Origin: a virus
Taxonomy: Duplodnaviria > Heunggongvirae > Uroviricota > Caudoviricetes
Reading direction: 5' to 3' (one strand)
Virus record (IMG/VR): IMGVR_UViG_3300029009_000036
Coordinates: 1 to 39,374 of that record
Length of the DNA: 39,374 nt
The notes under the pieces are model-generated. The model was not told where the DNA came from. It ran no database searches and saw only the letters and a list, made by a program, of their open reading frames with translations. Made by a program: the position numbers and the translations under genes. Of this stretch, positions 28,700-36,914 are shown in pieces (the stretch's first letter is position 1; each line of letters begins with the position of its first letter).

Positions 28700-29089
28700 T
28701 CAGGCGGCTGCACCCGCCGTTTTCTCGTACTTACTGATAGTGATCTCGACCTTCCCTTTCGGGATAACCGGTCCCCACTCCACCAGCATTCTTTTCACCT
28801 GACTGTCGTCTTCCCACACACCCGCGTGGGTCAGGGCGTCAAACAGCGCCTTGTTATAGTTGTCCAGATCGCGGATCCGGTTATCCGGAGGAAACAACAC
28901 GATCTCCACTGAAGCAGGTGCCGACGTTGGTTTCGGCAGACGACGTAACTGCTCAACTATTGCTGCGCACGCCGCGCTCTGGAATTTTCGCCCCGCCGAG
29001 CTTATCAGGCTCTTACCAGCAAACGCCCCTTTGTTGGGGTGTCGCCAGTACGTGTTCACGCTGGGCGGAAAAGGCAGGATCAGCTTCAT
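28700..29089 (-). CDS. rusA: RusA-family Holliday junction resolvase
   Basis: 129 aa; MKLILPFPPSVNTYWRH...DNRIRDLDNYNKALFDALTHAGVWEDDSQV matches RusA signature (PPS.N.Y...DLDN...DAL...D) as recalled. Confidence 0.85.
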   Translation of the reverse strand: MKLILPFPPSVNTYWRHPNKGAFAGKSLISSAGRKFQSAACAAIVEQLRRLPKPTSAPASVEIVLFPPDNRIRDLDNYNKALFDALTHAGVWEDDSQVKRMLVEWGPVIPKGKVEITISKYEKTAGAAA

Positions 29090-29412
29090 ACTTTCAGGTC
29101 CCTTTCATGTAACCAGTGGGTTGCACGCAGCCTTGCGTTTTCCTCCCCGGCAAGCAGTGCGCGGATAATCCCGACCGCCTCGCTGTCGTCGTCCTTCACC
29201 GCGGTATGAAGCGTTATCCCCCGGGCCACGCCACGCTTTATCGTGATGACGCCTTTTTTCTCCAGTGCGCGAAGATGCTCCACCGCTGCATTCACTGAAC
29301 GGTATCCCAGCATGGTTGCCACCTCCTGATTGGTTGGCGGGAAGCCACGTTCTTTCTGATAAGAAATCAGCATATCCAGCACCTGCTGCTGGCATTGAGT
29401 TAACGTCGTCAT
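29086..29412 (-). CDS. LexA DNA-binding-domain-only protein (no S24 peptidase domain)
   Basis: 108 aa; MTTLTQCQQQVLDMLISYQKERGFPPTNQEVATMLGYRSVNAAVEHLRALEKKGVITIKRGVARGITL aligns by eye with LexA N-terminal winged helix (MKALTARQQEVFDLI...[44 protein letters not shown]); C-terminus is unrelated and lacks Ser/Lys dyad region. Confidence 0.7.
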   Translation of the reverse strand: MTTLTQCQQQVLDMLISYQKERGFPPTNQEVATMLGYRSVNAAVEHLRALEKKGVITIKRGVARGITLHTAVKDDDSEAVGIIRALLAGEENARLRATHWLHERDLKV

Positions 29413-30062
29413 GCCGCCATCTCCCTGACCAGTTTTTCCGCCTGCTGGCGAACCTGCGCCAGAAACGCCTCACCACATGCCTCAAGTTCATCGCGCCCGA
29501 TGTAGCTGATTGCCGGTCCCTTCCAGGTCTTATCGAAAACAGCAATAGCACCAGCGAAGAAAGCGCCTGTCGGCACCTGCTTCTCATCCTTCGGGATAAA
29601 CCAGGCAGGCAGTTCAAAACCAATACGCCCGCGAATAAAAGCAATATGGTCCGCATCTTCCGGCCACCACACTTCGCTGGTGGCAGCTTTGATCAGGAAA
29701 ACATAGCGCCCACCCTTATCACGCATGGCACTGGCATGTTTCATGATGTAACGCATGCCGGTGATGTATTGCCCCTCATGCTGACTGGCGCGACTGTATG
29801 GGGGATTACCAAAGGCAGCCCCTTTAAGCTCCGCAAGACGTTCTGACCAGTCATGCGCCAGCGCGTTGTCTTCCGCCGTGTAATACGCAGCACATTTGGC
29901 GTTATCACCGTCAGTGAACAGATCCAGAACAAACGGGCCAAACAGGGTGTTAATTCCCCAGAAAATGTTGTCCGGCGTGCGCCACTGATCACCTACTTCC
30001 TTCAGTTCATGGGCTGGTTTGTTCCGCAGTTCCACCAGCGCCTGGCAATATTTATTACTCAT
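29409..30062 (-). CDS. Orphan DNA N6-adenine methyltransferase (phage Dam-like)
   Basis: ATG at 30062 overlaps upstream stop (TAATG); NPPY motif in ...FGNPPYSRASQ... Confidence 0.8.
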   Translation of the reverse strand: MSNKYCQALVELRNKPAHELKEVGDQWRTPDNIFWGINTLFGPFVLDLFTDGDNAKCAAYYTAEDNALAHDWSERLAELKGAAFGNPPYSRASQHEGQYITGMRYIMKHASAMRDKGGRYVFLIKAATSEVWWPEDADHIAFIRGRIGFELPAWFIPKDEKQVPTGAFFAGAIAVFDKTWKGPAISYIGRDELEACGEAFLAQVRQQAEKLVREMAA

Positions 30063-30550
30063 TAAGCCCCCACGTAATTCCCTGACAGATACCACTCATC
30101 ACCCGATACAGCGCGCTTGCTGCTTTTCCGTAAACACTGCTCACGACGCGCCAGAAAATTGTTTCGTTCTGGCTGGGAGTGGCTTTCACGGAATGCCGCT
30201 ATCCACACCGTTGCAGCACGACGGTATAAGCCCCTGGACTCCAGTTCTTCCGCCTGGCGGGTCAGGCACAAAATCACCCGGGGATCGTTAGTGCCGACAT
30301 AGAAATTGCGCACAGGTCTGGTTTCACGAACTGGTTGTGGTTCCGGCTCCTGCGCTCTCTCAGTCAGGCGTGGGAAATGTCTGCGTGTATCTCCTTCACA
30401 ACGGTGAGCCACACGCCCACTCTGACGTAACTTGCTTGCTGACTGCAGAACGCGCTGCCGTGAGTAACCTGCAAAAGCATCCGCAATGTCTCCGGAAGTA
30501 CACCCCGGATGGGCTTCAATGAATTTCTGAACGTCATTCAAAAGACTCAT
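30062..30550 (-). CDS. Hypothetical early protein (YfdN-like; PerC/ANR-like motif, unverified)
   Basis: 162 aa from ATG 30550 (GTG 30556 alternative); ...AEELESRGLYRRAATVWIAAF... resembles the PerC-type motif; same size and neighbourhood as K-12 CPS-53 yfdN from memory. Confidence 0.5.
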   Translation of the reverse strand: MSLLNDVQKFIEAHPGCTSGDIADAFAGYSRQRVLQSASKLRQSGRVAHRCEGDTRRHFPRLTERAQEPEPQPVRETRPVRNFYVGTNDPRVILCLTRQAEELESRGLYRRAATVWIAAFRESHSQPERNNFLARREQCLRKSSKRAVSGDEWYLSGNYVGA

Positions 30551-30552
30551 GA

Positions 30553-31371
30553 TCACCCCCTGAATCCTGCCGGGATCTGGCTGTAGTCCACATTGTCGTA
30601 ACTGGCTTTGAAGTACGGGTCTTCACGTCTGGCTGCAGATACCGCAGGAACTTCCCAGGATTCTTCGAAATGACGATCCGGACCAAAGAACGTGACAGCC
30701 TGTTTCACAAATTGTGTGCCGCTGTTACCCATCGCAGATACCCAGCCCGCGTAGCGTTTCACACCTTCCAGCATGGTTTCGGGGTTTACCCCCTCATTCA
30801 AACGGGCTTTCCAGGCTTTGAAGGCTGCAGATTTTGAATTGCCACCAGCACGTTTGGGATATGCCAGCCATGCCTGCTCAAACTCCGGAGAGTATTCCGG
30901 TCGGTTTGAACGAACTCGCACGGACTCATCAACTGATGCACCAACAGCTATTGGTTCATTGACTGGTTCTTTGACTGGTTCAAAAGAGTGACTGGTTCTG
31001 GGTGAATCTCCTGCACTACCCCCTGGTGCAACTCCTGCACTACCTAGTGAATTTGCTGCACCAGATAGTGAATTATTTGCACTACCCCCTAGTGAATCTC
31101 CTGCACCATCCAGATGAAGGAGATAGATATTACTTGAGTTACCTTTTTCACCTTTCCGGGTGACTTTTTTCACCAGCCCGGACTCACAAAGGGCCGCAAT
31201 ATGATTCATCACAGAACGTTTGCTAATCTCGCACTGGTCAGCAATATGCTGGTAGCTGGGCCAGCACTCACCCTGATCGCTGGCATTATCAGCCAGCTTG
31301 ATCAGAACCAGTTTTCGCAATGGATTACCCACTCGAATTTTCATCGCTTTAACCATCAGCTCCATACTCAT
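30553..31371 (-). CDS. Replication initiation protein (N-terminal HTH, lambda O-like organisation)
   Basis: 272 aa, ATG at 31371; N-terminal winged-helix-like region; central low-complexity linker GDSLGGSANNSLSGAANSLGSAGVAPGGSAGDSP encoded by iteron repeats. Confidence 0.75.
   Translation of the reverse strand: MSMELMVKAMKIRVGNPLRKLVLIKLADNASDQGECWPSYQHIADQCEISKRSVMNHIAALCESGLVKKVTRKGEKGNSSNIYLLHLDGAGDSLGGSANNSLSGAANSLGSAGVAPGGSAGDSPRTSHSFEPVKEPVNEPIAVGASVDESVRVRSNRPEYSPEFEQAWLAYPKRAGGNSKSAAFKAWKARLNEGVNPETMLEGVKRYAGWVSAMGNSGTQFVKQAVTFFGPDRHFEESWEVPAVSAARREDPYFKASYDNVDYSQIPAGFRG
30959..31110. repeat. Iteron cluster (putative origin of replication) inside replication gene
   Basis: Three copies of tgactggttc (30960-30969, 30972-30981, 30989-30998) followed by five ~21-24-bp repeats of agtgaat..ctgcac(t/c)a between 31002 and 31110. 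Confidence 0.6.
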
Positions 31372-31604
31372 GCTGCACCTCCGAGATGCTTCATGTTTTT
31401 TCCGGAGCGAAAGGCTATAAGCGGCATACTGACGCGGTAATTACGGCCCAGCGGTTCACAAATCACCTTCTGGCATTCACGGTCAACCAGGCTAACACGT
31501 AGAACATGCCCTGCAGGCGTGGTGTACCACTGCCCAACTGTAGGAATTGATGTTTTTTTACGCTGAAGCAAACGGCAAATATTGAGGATCAACGGATTAA
31601 GCAT
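31368..31604 (-). CDS. Small hypothetical early protein
   Basis: 78 aa, ATG at 31604, 4-nt overlaps with both neighbours. Confidence 0.4.
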   Translation of the reverse strand: MLNPLILNICRLLQRKKTSIPTVGQWYTTPAGHVLRVSLVDRECQKVICEPLGRNYRVSMPLIAFRSGKNMKHLGGAA

Positions 31605-32433
31605 GACGATGCCCTCCGCTGATATTCAGGAGACGGTGAATATGAAAATTAGCCTTATCCGCCAAACGAATACGTTCAGCCTGCAATTTAAGAAGTGTTT
31701 CTACCAGAACCTGATGCGCCTGCGGATCCGAAAGAGTTACCTTGCGCAGAGCACGTAGTGCAGTTGTTACATAACTGAGTTTATGTAAGTCTTCATCATT
31801 CAGACGAGCGAGGGTTGGGAGAGTAGTCATGGTGACAGCCCCTATGTTGAATTCAAAGAACTCACCACATGGGACGCCAATCACAGAGGTGGTGAGACGT
31901 ACAGGGTTGGCGTAACCGGTCAACATAGAACCCGGCGCATCTTGCGATGCCCCTGCACGCCCCACCATAATTTGGACGTAGCAATGCTCATGATACGAAA
32001 AAACCGCATGAGCGCGGTTATGCTCTATATTGAATTCCAGGACGCCAATCCCGACACCCGCTTTATAAGGTGCCTGAACAGTGTAACGTCCCGGAATGGC
32101 AGAATCAATGTGCTGGTGGTCCTTCACACTCAACAAAATCACGCCTGAATTTCCACAAAGGACTAAAGCACTCATGCGGGTAGTCTTTGCGAAGATAGAT
32201 AACGCGCTGTGTTTCTGGCTCCCAACGAATAACATGAACATAAAGTCCTCTTCCGTCACGAAACCAGCGGTTAAGTTCCTGCACAACTCGCCCCCCACAG
32301 TCAGGTAAAGTTCTCTGTGGTTACTTACAGCCAGGTGATTTGGTAATCTGCATTCATGCCGTAACAACAGGTGTTCAGCGACGCTGACCACCAGCTGTTG
32401 CGACAAACGGTTATTTGCCGTTAAACTGTTCAT
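31597..32433 (-). CDS. Hypothetical early protein
   Basis: 278 aa, ATG at 32433; no domain recognised by eye. Confidence 0.5.
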   Translation of the reverse strand: MNSLTANNRLSQQLVVSVAEHLLLRHECRLPNHLAVSNHRELYLTVGGELCRNLTAGFVTEEDFMFMLFVGSQKHSALSIFAKTTRMSALVLCGNSGVILLSVKDHQHIDSAIPGRYTVQAPYKAGVGIGVLEFNIEHNRAHAVFSYHEHCYVQIMVGRAGASQDAPGSMLTGYANPVRLTTSVIGVPCGEFFEFNIGAVTMTTLPTLARLNDEDLHKLSYVTTALRALRKVTLSDPQAHQVLVETLLKLQAERIRLADKANFHIHRLLNISGGHRHA

Positions 32434-32993
32434 GCGTTAGTTTCTCCACAGACACAAAACGCCACGACGCCCGGAGCTGCACACTCGCGGGCGTCACTCT
32501 TTTCTGGAGCGCAAAAGATTTTGTAGACCAGTGCTGCATGCTCCTGGAGCTTCGAAATTGACAGATACAACTCATCATTAATTGCTGTCTGCTCGTGTGG
32601 CTCCACTACCCCATCTTCGATTGCCGAACGAATCTGCTTTGAGTAACTCCCGATCTGTTCGATGACTTCCAGCAGGCGCTGGTTTATATCGGCGTTCTCT
32701 ACTTCCTCAATTTCAGGAAGCGATACAAACACCCCACCAGCAGACTGTGCGACAGCATCCGCAATGTAGTGAGTGCCAGCCGCGCGCTGTAAAATCATTG
32801 CCCATCCCAGCGGGAAAATCTGATCGCCATCTGCACGAAGGCGGTTGAATAAAGCGTTCTCTGTTACATCCAGCCACTCAGCAGCTTCAGCGTAACCCCC
32901 CGGCAACGCCGCGATAGTTTTTCTGACAGCTTTCACGTACCACTCAGGCTGTTTTTCTACTTTCCAGTGATGCTTACCCACGGTTAGCCTCAT
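32430..32993 (-). CDS. Hypothetical early regulatory protein (CII-like position)
   Basis: 187 aa, ATG at 32993; first gene after cro. Confidence 0.5.
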   Translation of the reverse strand: MRLTVGKHHWKVEKQPEWYVKAVRKTIAALPGGYAEAAEWLDVTENALFNRLRADGDQIFPLGWAMILQRAAGTHYIADAVAQSAGGVFVSLPEIEEVENADINQRLLEVIEQIGSYSKQIRSAIEDGVVEPHEQTAINDELYLSISKLQEHAALVYKIFCAPEKSDARECAAPGVVAFCVCGETNA

Positions 32994-33024
32994 CGTTCTG
33001 TGGTTAAAAATTGAAGGTGTTCTG

Positions 33025-33225
33025 TTAATCTTTCGGATAGATATCCGGTCTTAAGTCAGATTTCGTAATTGCACCTGACGTGCATTGCTCAAGTTTTTTA
33101 GCCAGCACAAAACTGGCTTTTTTATAACCATTGAAAACTAGCCGTAAGTAGCCTGGTGTTGAGCCAACTTTTCCGGCCAACTCGCCCTGCTGTTCTTTGG
33201 TTAAAGAGTCCCAATACGCTTTCAT
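33025..33225 (-). CDS. Cro-like HTH repressor
   Basis: ATG at 33225 (MKAYWDSLTKEQQGELAGKVGSTPGYLRLVFNGYKKASFVLAKKLEQCTS...) with GGAGGT RBS 9 nt upstream; 66 aa. Confidence 0.7.
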   Translation of the reverse strand: MKAYWDSLTKEQQGELAGKVGSTPGYLRLVFNGYKKASFVLAKKLEQCTSGAITKSDLRPDIYPKD

Positions 33226-33231
33226 ACAATA

Positions 33232-33248
33232 TGTACCTCCGATATACA
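33232..33248. promoter_or_regulatory. Operator-like site 1 (overlaps cro RBS)
   Basis: tgtacctccgatataca, consensus TGTACC-N5-NNTACA shared with two other sites. Confidence 0.45.
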
Positions 33249-33281
33249 TATTACATGATTGAGATGAACCTTCAAGATACT

Positions 33282-33298
33282 TGTACCCTATCGGTACA
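33282..33298. promoter_or_regulatory. Operator-like site 2 (cI-cro intergenic, perfect inverted repeat)
   Basis: tgtaccctatcggtaca: TGTACC / GGTACA arms with 5-bp spacer. Confidence 0.5.
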
Positions 33299-33315
33299 AA
33301 GGTTTTAATTTCGTT

Positions 33316-33990
33316 ATGAAAACAGTCCATGACATCCGGCGGTCTAACGCCAGAAAACTGAGAGATGGTGTTGGCGGGAATTCTTCCTTTGCCACCATGA
33401 TTGATCGCGAGCCAACCCAGACCAGCAGGTTTATGGGAGATGGTGCTACTAAAAATATCGGTGACAGCATGGCACGGCACATCGAAAAATGTTTCGACCT
33501 GCCTGTCGGATGGCTTGATCAAGAACACCAGACAACAAACATCACAAAAAAACCTGATGTTTCAATTACTAACAAACAAATAACGTTAGTCCCTGTCATA
33601 TCATGGGTACAGGCCGGAGCATGGAAAGAAGTTGGCTATTCTGAGGTTGATTTGAGCACAGCAGAAACTTATCCCTGCCCTGTACCCTGTGGCGAAATGA
33701 CTTATATCTTGCGGGTGATTGGTGATTCAATGATTGATGAGTACCGCCCGGGAGACATGATTTTTGTTGATCCCGAAGTCCCTGCCTGCCACGGTGACGA
33801 CGTTATTGCATTGATGCACGATACAGGCGAAACCACCTTCAAGCGATTGATAGAAGATGGAACACAGCGTTATCTCAAAGCATTAAACCCAAACTGGCCT
33901 GAGCCTTACATTAAGATTAACGGTAATTGCTCTATAATTGGTACAGTAATTTTCTCAGGAAAACCAAGAAGATACCAAATAAAGGCCTAA
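33316..33990 (+). CDS. CI-like repressor (HTH plus S24 LexA-type autopeptidase domain)
   Basis: 224 aa, ATG at 33316; C-terminal ...LRVIGDSMIDEYRPGDMIFVDPE... has GDSM Ser nucleophile context typical of S24 peptidases. Confidence 0.85.
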   Translation: MKTVHDIRRSNARKLRDGVGGNSSFATMIDREPTQTSRFMGDGATKNIGDSMARHIEKCFDLPVGWLDQEHQTTNITKKPDVSITNKQITLVPVISWVQAGAWKEVGYSEVDLSTAETYPCPVPCGEMTYILRVIGDSMIDEYRPGDMIFVDPEVPACHGDDVIALMHDTGETTFKRLIEDGTQRYLKALNPNWPEPYIKINGNCSIIGTVIFSGKPRRYQIKA

Positions 33991-34001
33991 TCAATATTTA
34001 T

Positions 34002-34026
34002 AACCTGCTTCGGCAGGTTTTTTTAT
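34002..34026 (+). terminator. Intrinsic terminator after cI
   Basis: aacctgc-ttcg-gcaggtt followed by ttttttt. Confidence 0.7.
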
Positions 34027-34028
34027 AC

Positions 34029-34056
34029 TTGACAATGTACCCTTGAGATACATAAT
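34029..34056 (+). promoter_or_regulatory. pL-like early-left promoter with embedded operator site 3 (34036-34052)
   Basis: TTGACA (34029-34034), 16-bp spacer, CATAAT (34051-34056); tgtacccttgagataca fills the spacer. Confidence 0.55.
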
Positions 34057-34474
34057 GTATCTAAAAGAAACATGCCACAGGCAAGATTAAACAAAATTTG
34101 GTTGTAACACGGCGTATGGCACATGCGTCGTTAGCGGTCTGGGGACGTTAAAGGGGACAATCCACTCCTTGCTCGGGCAAACAAACCAGGTAGCCGGAAT
34201 GTGCAAGTCAATGAGGATGCTGATAAGACGCCTAACCAGCGTGGCGATTCGGTTTGACGCCTGGGAAGAGACCAGGGTGCAACGATGAGGGCATTTATGG
34301 AACCGCGACAAAGTGTGGTGCCGTAACTGGCTAAGTGCTCTCAGCGTTGTGGTAATCCGCGAAATGGCGCGGCGGTAAGTATGGCGGGGTTACTCTTTCC
34401 CCGTTGAGGACACCGGATTGTCAGGTTGACCATACACCTGAGTGACAACCCCACCACAACAGCCACTGCTTTGG

Positions 34475-34520
34475 CGGTACCAGTTTGTACACTTGCTTCC
34501 GGCTGGTACCGCTCTTTTTA
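34475..34520 (+). terminator. Terminator-like hairpin inside the early-left leader
   Basis: Perfect 10-bp stem gcggtaccag / ctggtaccgc (34475-34484 / 34503-34512), 18-nt loop, followed by tcttttta. Confidence 0.5.
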
Positions 34521-34654
34521 CAAAACAGAGAAGAGCATCACCGGACGACGGGCTCATAACCCAATCCATCCGGGCGGCTGCACCGCAGGTGTTCTTCTCT
34601 GTTTTGTGGAGAAACCAACCGACCTTGCAGGGTCGATATGATGAGGAGCAGCAA

Positions 34655-35017
34655 ATGGCTAGCGAACGCAGTACTGATGTGCAGGCATTTATCGGGGAGC
34701 TGGACGGCGGCGTATTTGAAACCAAAATCGGCGCAGTTCTCAGTGAAGTCGCTTCCGGTGTGATGAACACGAAAACCAAAGGTAAGGTCTCGCTCAACCT
34801 GGAAATCGAACCGTTTGATGAGAACCGTGTGAAAATCAAACACAAACTCTCATATGTTCGCCCGACTAACCGCGGGGAAATTTCCGAAGAAGACACCACC
34901 GAAACGCCGATGTATGTCAATCGCGGTGGTCGCCTGACTATTCTGCAGGAAGACCAGGGACAATTACTGACTCTTGCCGGTGAGCCTGACGGAAAACTCC
35001 GCGCAGCAGGTCATTAA
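34655..35017 (+). CDS. Hypothetical early-left protein (YfdP-like)
   Basis: 120 aa, ATG at 34655 with GAGGAG RBS; ORF-track N-terminal extension lacks a start signal. Confidence 0.65.
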   Translation: MASERSTDVQAFIGELDGGVFETKIGAVLSEVASGVMNTKTKGKVSLNLEIEPFDENRVKIKHKLSYVRPTNRGEISEEDTTETPMYVNRGGRLTILQEDQGQLLTLAGEPDGKLRAAGH

Positions 35018-35082
35018 TATCGTTCTTAATTAACTGATTATTTATCTCATCACTGAATATCTTAATATAGTGAGGACTTATT

Positions 35083-35907
35083 ATGTCTCAGAACTTAGAC
35101 GCAACCGCAATTAATCAAATCCATGCCCTTATTTCTGCTCAGGGTGTTAATGAAATTATCAGTAAGATTGGTGCCGATGCTGTGGCATTGCCTGAGAATT
35201 TCCGCATTCATGATCTGGAAAAATTTAATTTAAATCGCTTCCGTTTCCGTGGTGCGCTTTCCACTGCCAGCATCGATGACTTTACCCGTTATTCTAAAGA
35301 TCTTGCAGATGAAGGCACCCGCTGCTTTATCGATGCCGATAATATGCGAGCAGTCAGTGTGCTTAACCTGGGTACTATTGATGAACCAGGTCACGCAGAT
35401 AACACCGCCACTCTCAAACTGAAAAAGACAGCACCGTTCTCTGCCCTGTTGTCTGTTAACGGCGAGCGTAACTCCCAGAAGTCACTGGCAGAATGGATTG
35501 AAGACTGGGCCGACTACCTTGTGGGCTTTGATGCTAATGGTGACGCTATTCAGGCAACAAAAGCGGCTGCGGCGGTCCGTAAAATCACAATTGAAGCGAA
35601 CCAGACTGCTGATTTTGAAGACAATGACTTCAGCGGCAAACGCTCCCTGATGGAGTCTGTCGAAGCGAAGACCAAAGACATTATGCCAGTGGCATTTGAA
35701 TTTAAATGCGTTCCGTTTGAAGGCCTGAAAGAACGTCCATTTAAATTACGACTCAGCATTATCACTGGTGATCGCCCTGTACTGGTTCTGCGCATTATTC
35801 AGCTGGAAGCAGTGCAGGAAGAAATGGCTAACGAATTTCGTGATCTGCTTGTTGAAAAATTCAAAGACAGCAAAGTAGAAACCTTTATTGGTACTTTCAC
35901 CGCCTGA
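35083..35907 (+). CDS. DUF2303-family protein (YfdQ-like)
   Basis: 274 aa, ATG at 35083 with GTGAGGA RBS; size and sequence recall CPS-53 YfdQ. Confidence 0.75.
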   Translation: MSQNLDATAINQIHALISAQGVNEIISKIGADAVALPENFRIHDLEKFNLNRFRFRGALSTASIDDFTRYSKDLADEGTRCFIDADNMRAVSVLNLGTIDEPGHADNTATLKLKKTAPFSALLSVNGERNSQKSLAEWIEDWADYLVGFDANGDAIQATKAAAAVRKITIEANQTADFEDNDFSGKRSLMESVEAKTKDIMPVAFEFKCVPFEGLKERPFKLRLSIITGDRPVLVLRIIQLEAVQEEMANEFRDLLVEKFKDSKVETFIGTFTA

Positions 35908-36083
35908 TTTCATTACTGCAAATGCCCCTGCGGGGGCGTTTACGGAAGCGATAATTTTAACTATTGCCGCCCCTATAAAGAACCATTAAACGATAACGTG
36001 ACGTAGCTATTGATAGTAAATGAAGCACTTGCAAAATAATTGCATTGCGTATATATACGCACATGTGTTGTATTACAGCGATA

Positions 36084-36878
36084 ATGGTAAAGCAAATGAT
36101 TAACTCTGAAGCAATTGAGCAACTAATGTGGTTATGGTCCTTATTTGACATTAAATTCTTATCTATTTTTGCCGCAGGCTTCACTATATATTTTGGCGTA
36201 CAAAAAATATCAAAAAAGGTGACAGTATCGTATTCAGCAAATGTAAGTAAAATATATGACATGCATATATCAACCATAATCCTGACTAATAAAAGAGATA
36301 ATGCAATTGCTATATCTTCAATCAATATGGAGGTTGAAGGGAAAGGGATACTACAAGTTATTAAATTTGACTCCCCTCTTCTTCTAAAGAACTATGATTC
36401 TTTAAAAGTTGAACTACCAAAATTTAGCAGCCTTTATAATAATGATGGCATAGTTAAGTTAGATATTTCTGATAAGTTTCATTTTTATATAATCACGACA
36501 TCTGGAGATGAAATCAAATGTATTTCTGAAAATAAACACGTGGCACCAAATATGAAAAACAAAATAATTCCAGACATAATAAAATTTAATGGCATTGTCT
36601 TAACAAACAGAATGTCTTATATTTTTTTCTATGCAAATGACAACGGAGAGAAATACTGCATAATAGATGCTTCATTGTCCATAAATGGCGACAACCCATT
36701 TCATTTTCATGTTCTTAAAGAAGATAAATTAAGAGATTTTTCTAGCATCCTTATTGGTTACGGATATCACCAACGGTTTAAAAGTTATGCATTATTTAAA
36801 ATAGACAACCATCTTGCTCCTTCTTTGGTTTTAAATAAATCAATGATAGAAAATAATATTATTGAAATGAATAAGTAA
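36084..36878 (+). CDS. AT-rich cargo gene: membrane-anchored protein of unknown function
   Basis: Start uncertain (ATG 36063, 36084 or 36096; track start 36045 is TTG); N-terminal TM helix LMWLWSLFDIKFLSIFAAGFTIYFGV then ~230-aa Asn/Lys/Ile-rich soluble domain; candidate promoter TTGCAA-N17-TATATA just upstream (hexamer positions approximate). Confidence 0.6.
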   Translation: MVKQMINSEAIEQLMWLWSLFDIKFLSIFAAGFTIYFGVQKISKKVTVSYSANVSKIYDMHISTIILTNKRDNAIAISSINMEVEGKGILQVIKFDSPLLLKNYDSLKVELPKFSSLYNNDGIVKLDISDKFHFYIITTSGDEIKCISENKHVAPNMKNKIIPDIIKFNGIVLTNRMSYIFFYANDNGEKYCIIDASLSINGDNPFHFHVLKEDKLRDFSSILIGYGYHQRFKSYALFKIDNHLAPSLVLNKSMIENNIIEMNK

Positions 36879-36914
36879 CTCACCGGGTGCAGCCGGTTAT
36901 GATGGAGAAATGAT

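Noticed and set aside
33025-33528. 167-aa minus-strand ORF extending cro upstream
   Set aside because: The extension runs antisense through the cI start and operator region; the ATG at 33225 has a GGAGGT RBS and gives a Cro-sized protein.
34442-34654. N-terminal extension of the yfdP-like ORF, and other short ORFs in the leader
   Set aside because: No start signal; the ATG at 34655 has GAGGAG at ideal spacing; leader ORFs are 11-29 codons without RBS.
36045-36083. ORF-track start of the membrane-protein gene at 36045
   Set aside because: It is a TTG lying upstream of the predicted -10 element; in-frame ATGs at 36063, 36084 and 36096 are more plausible.
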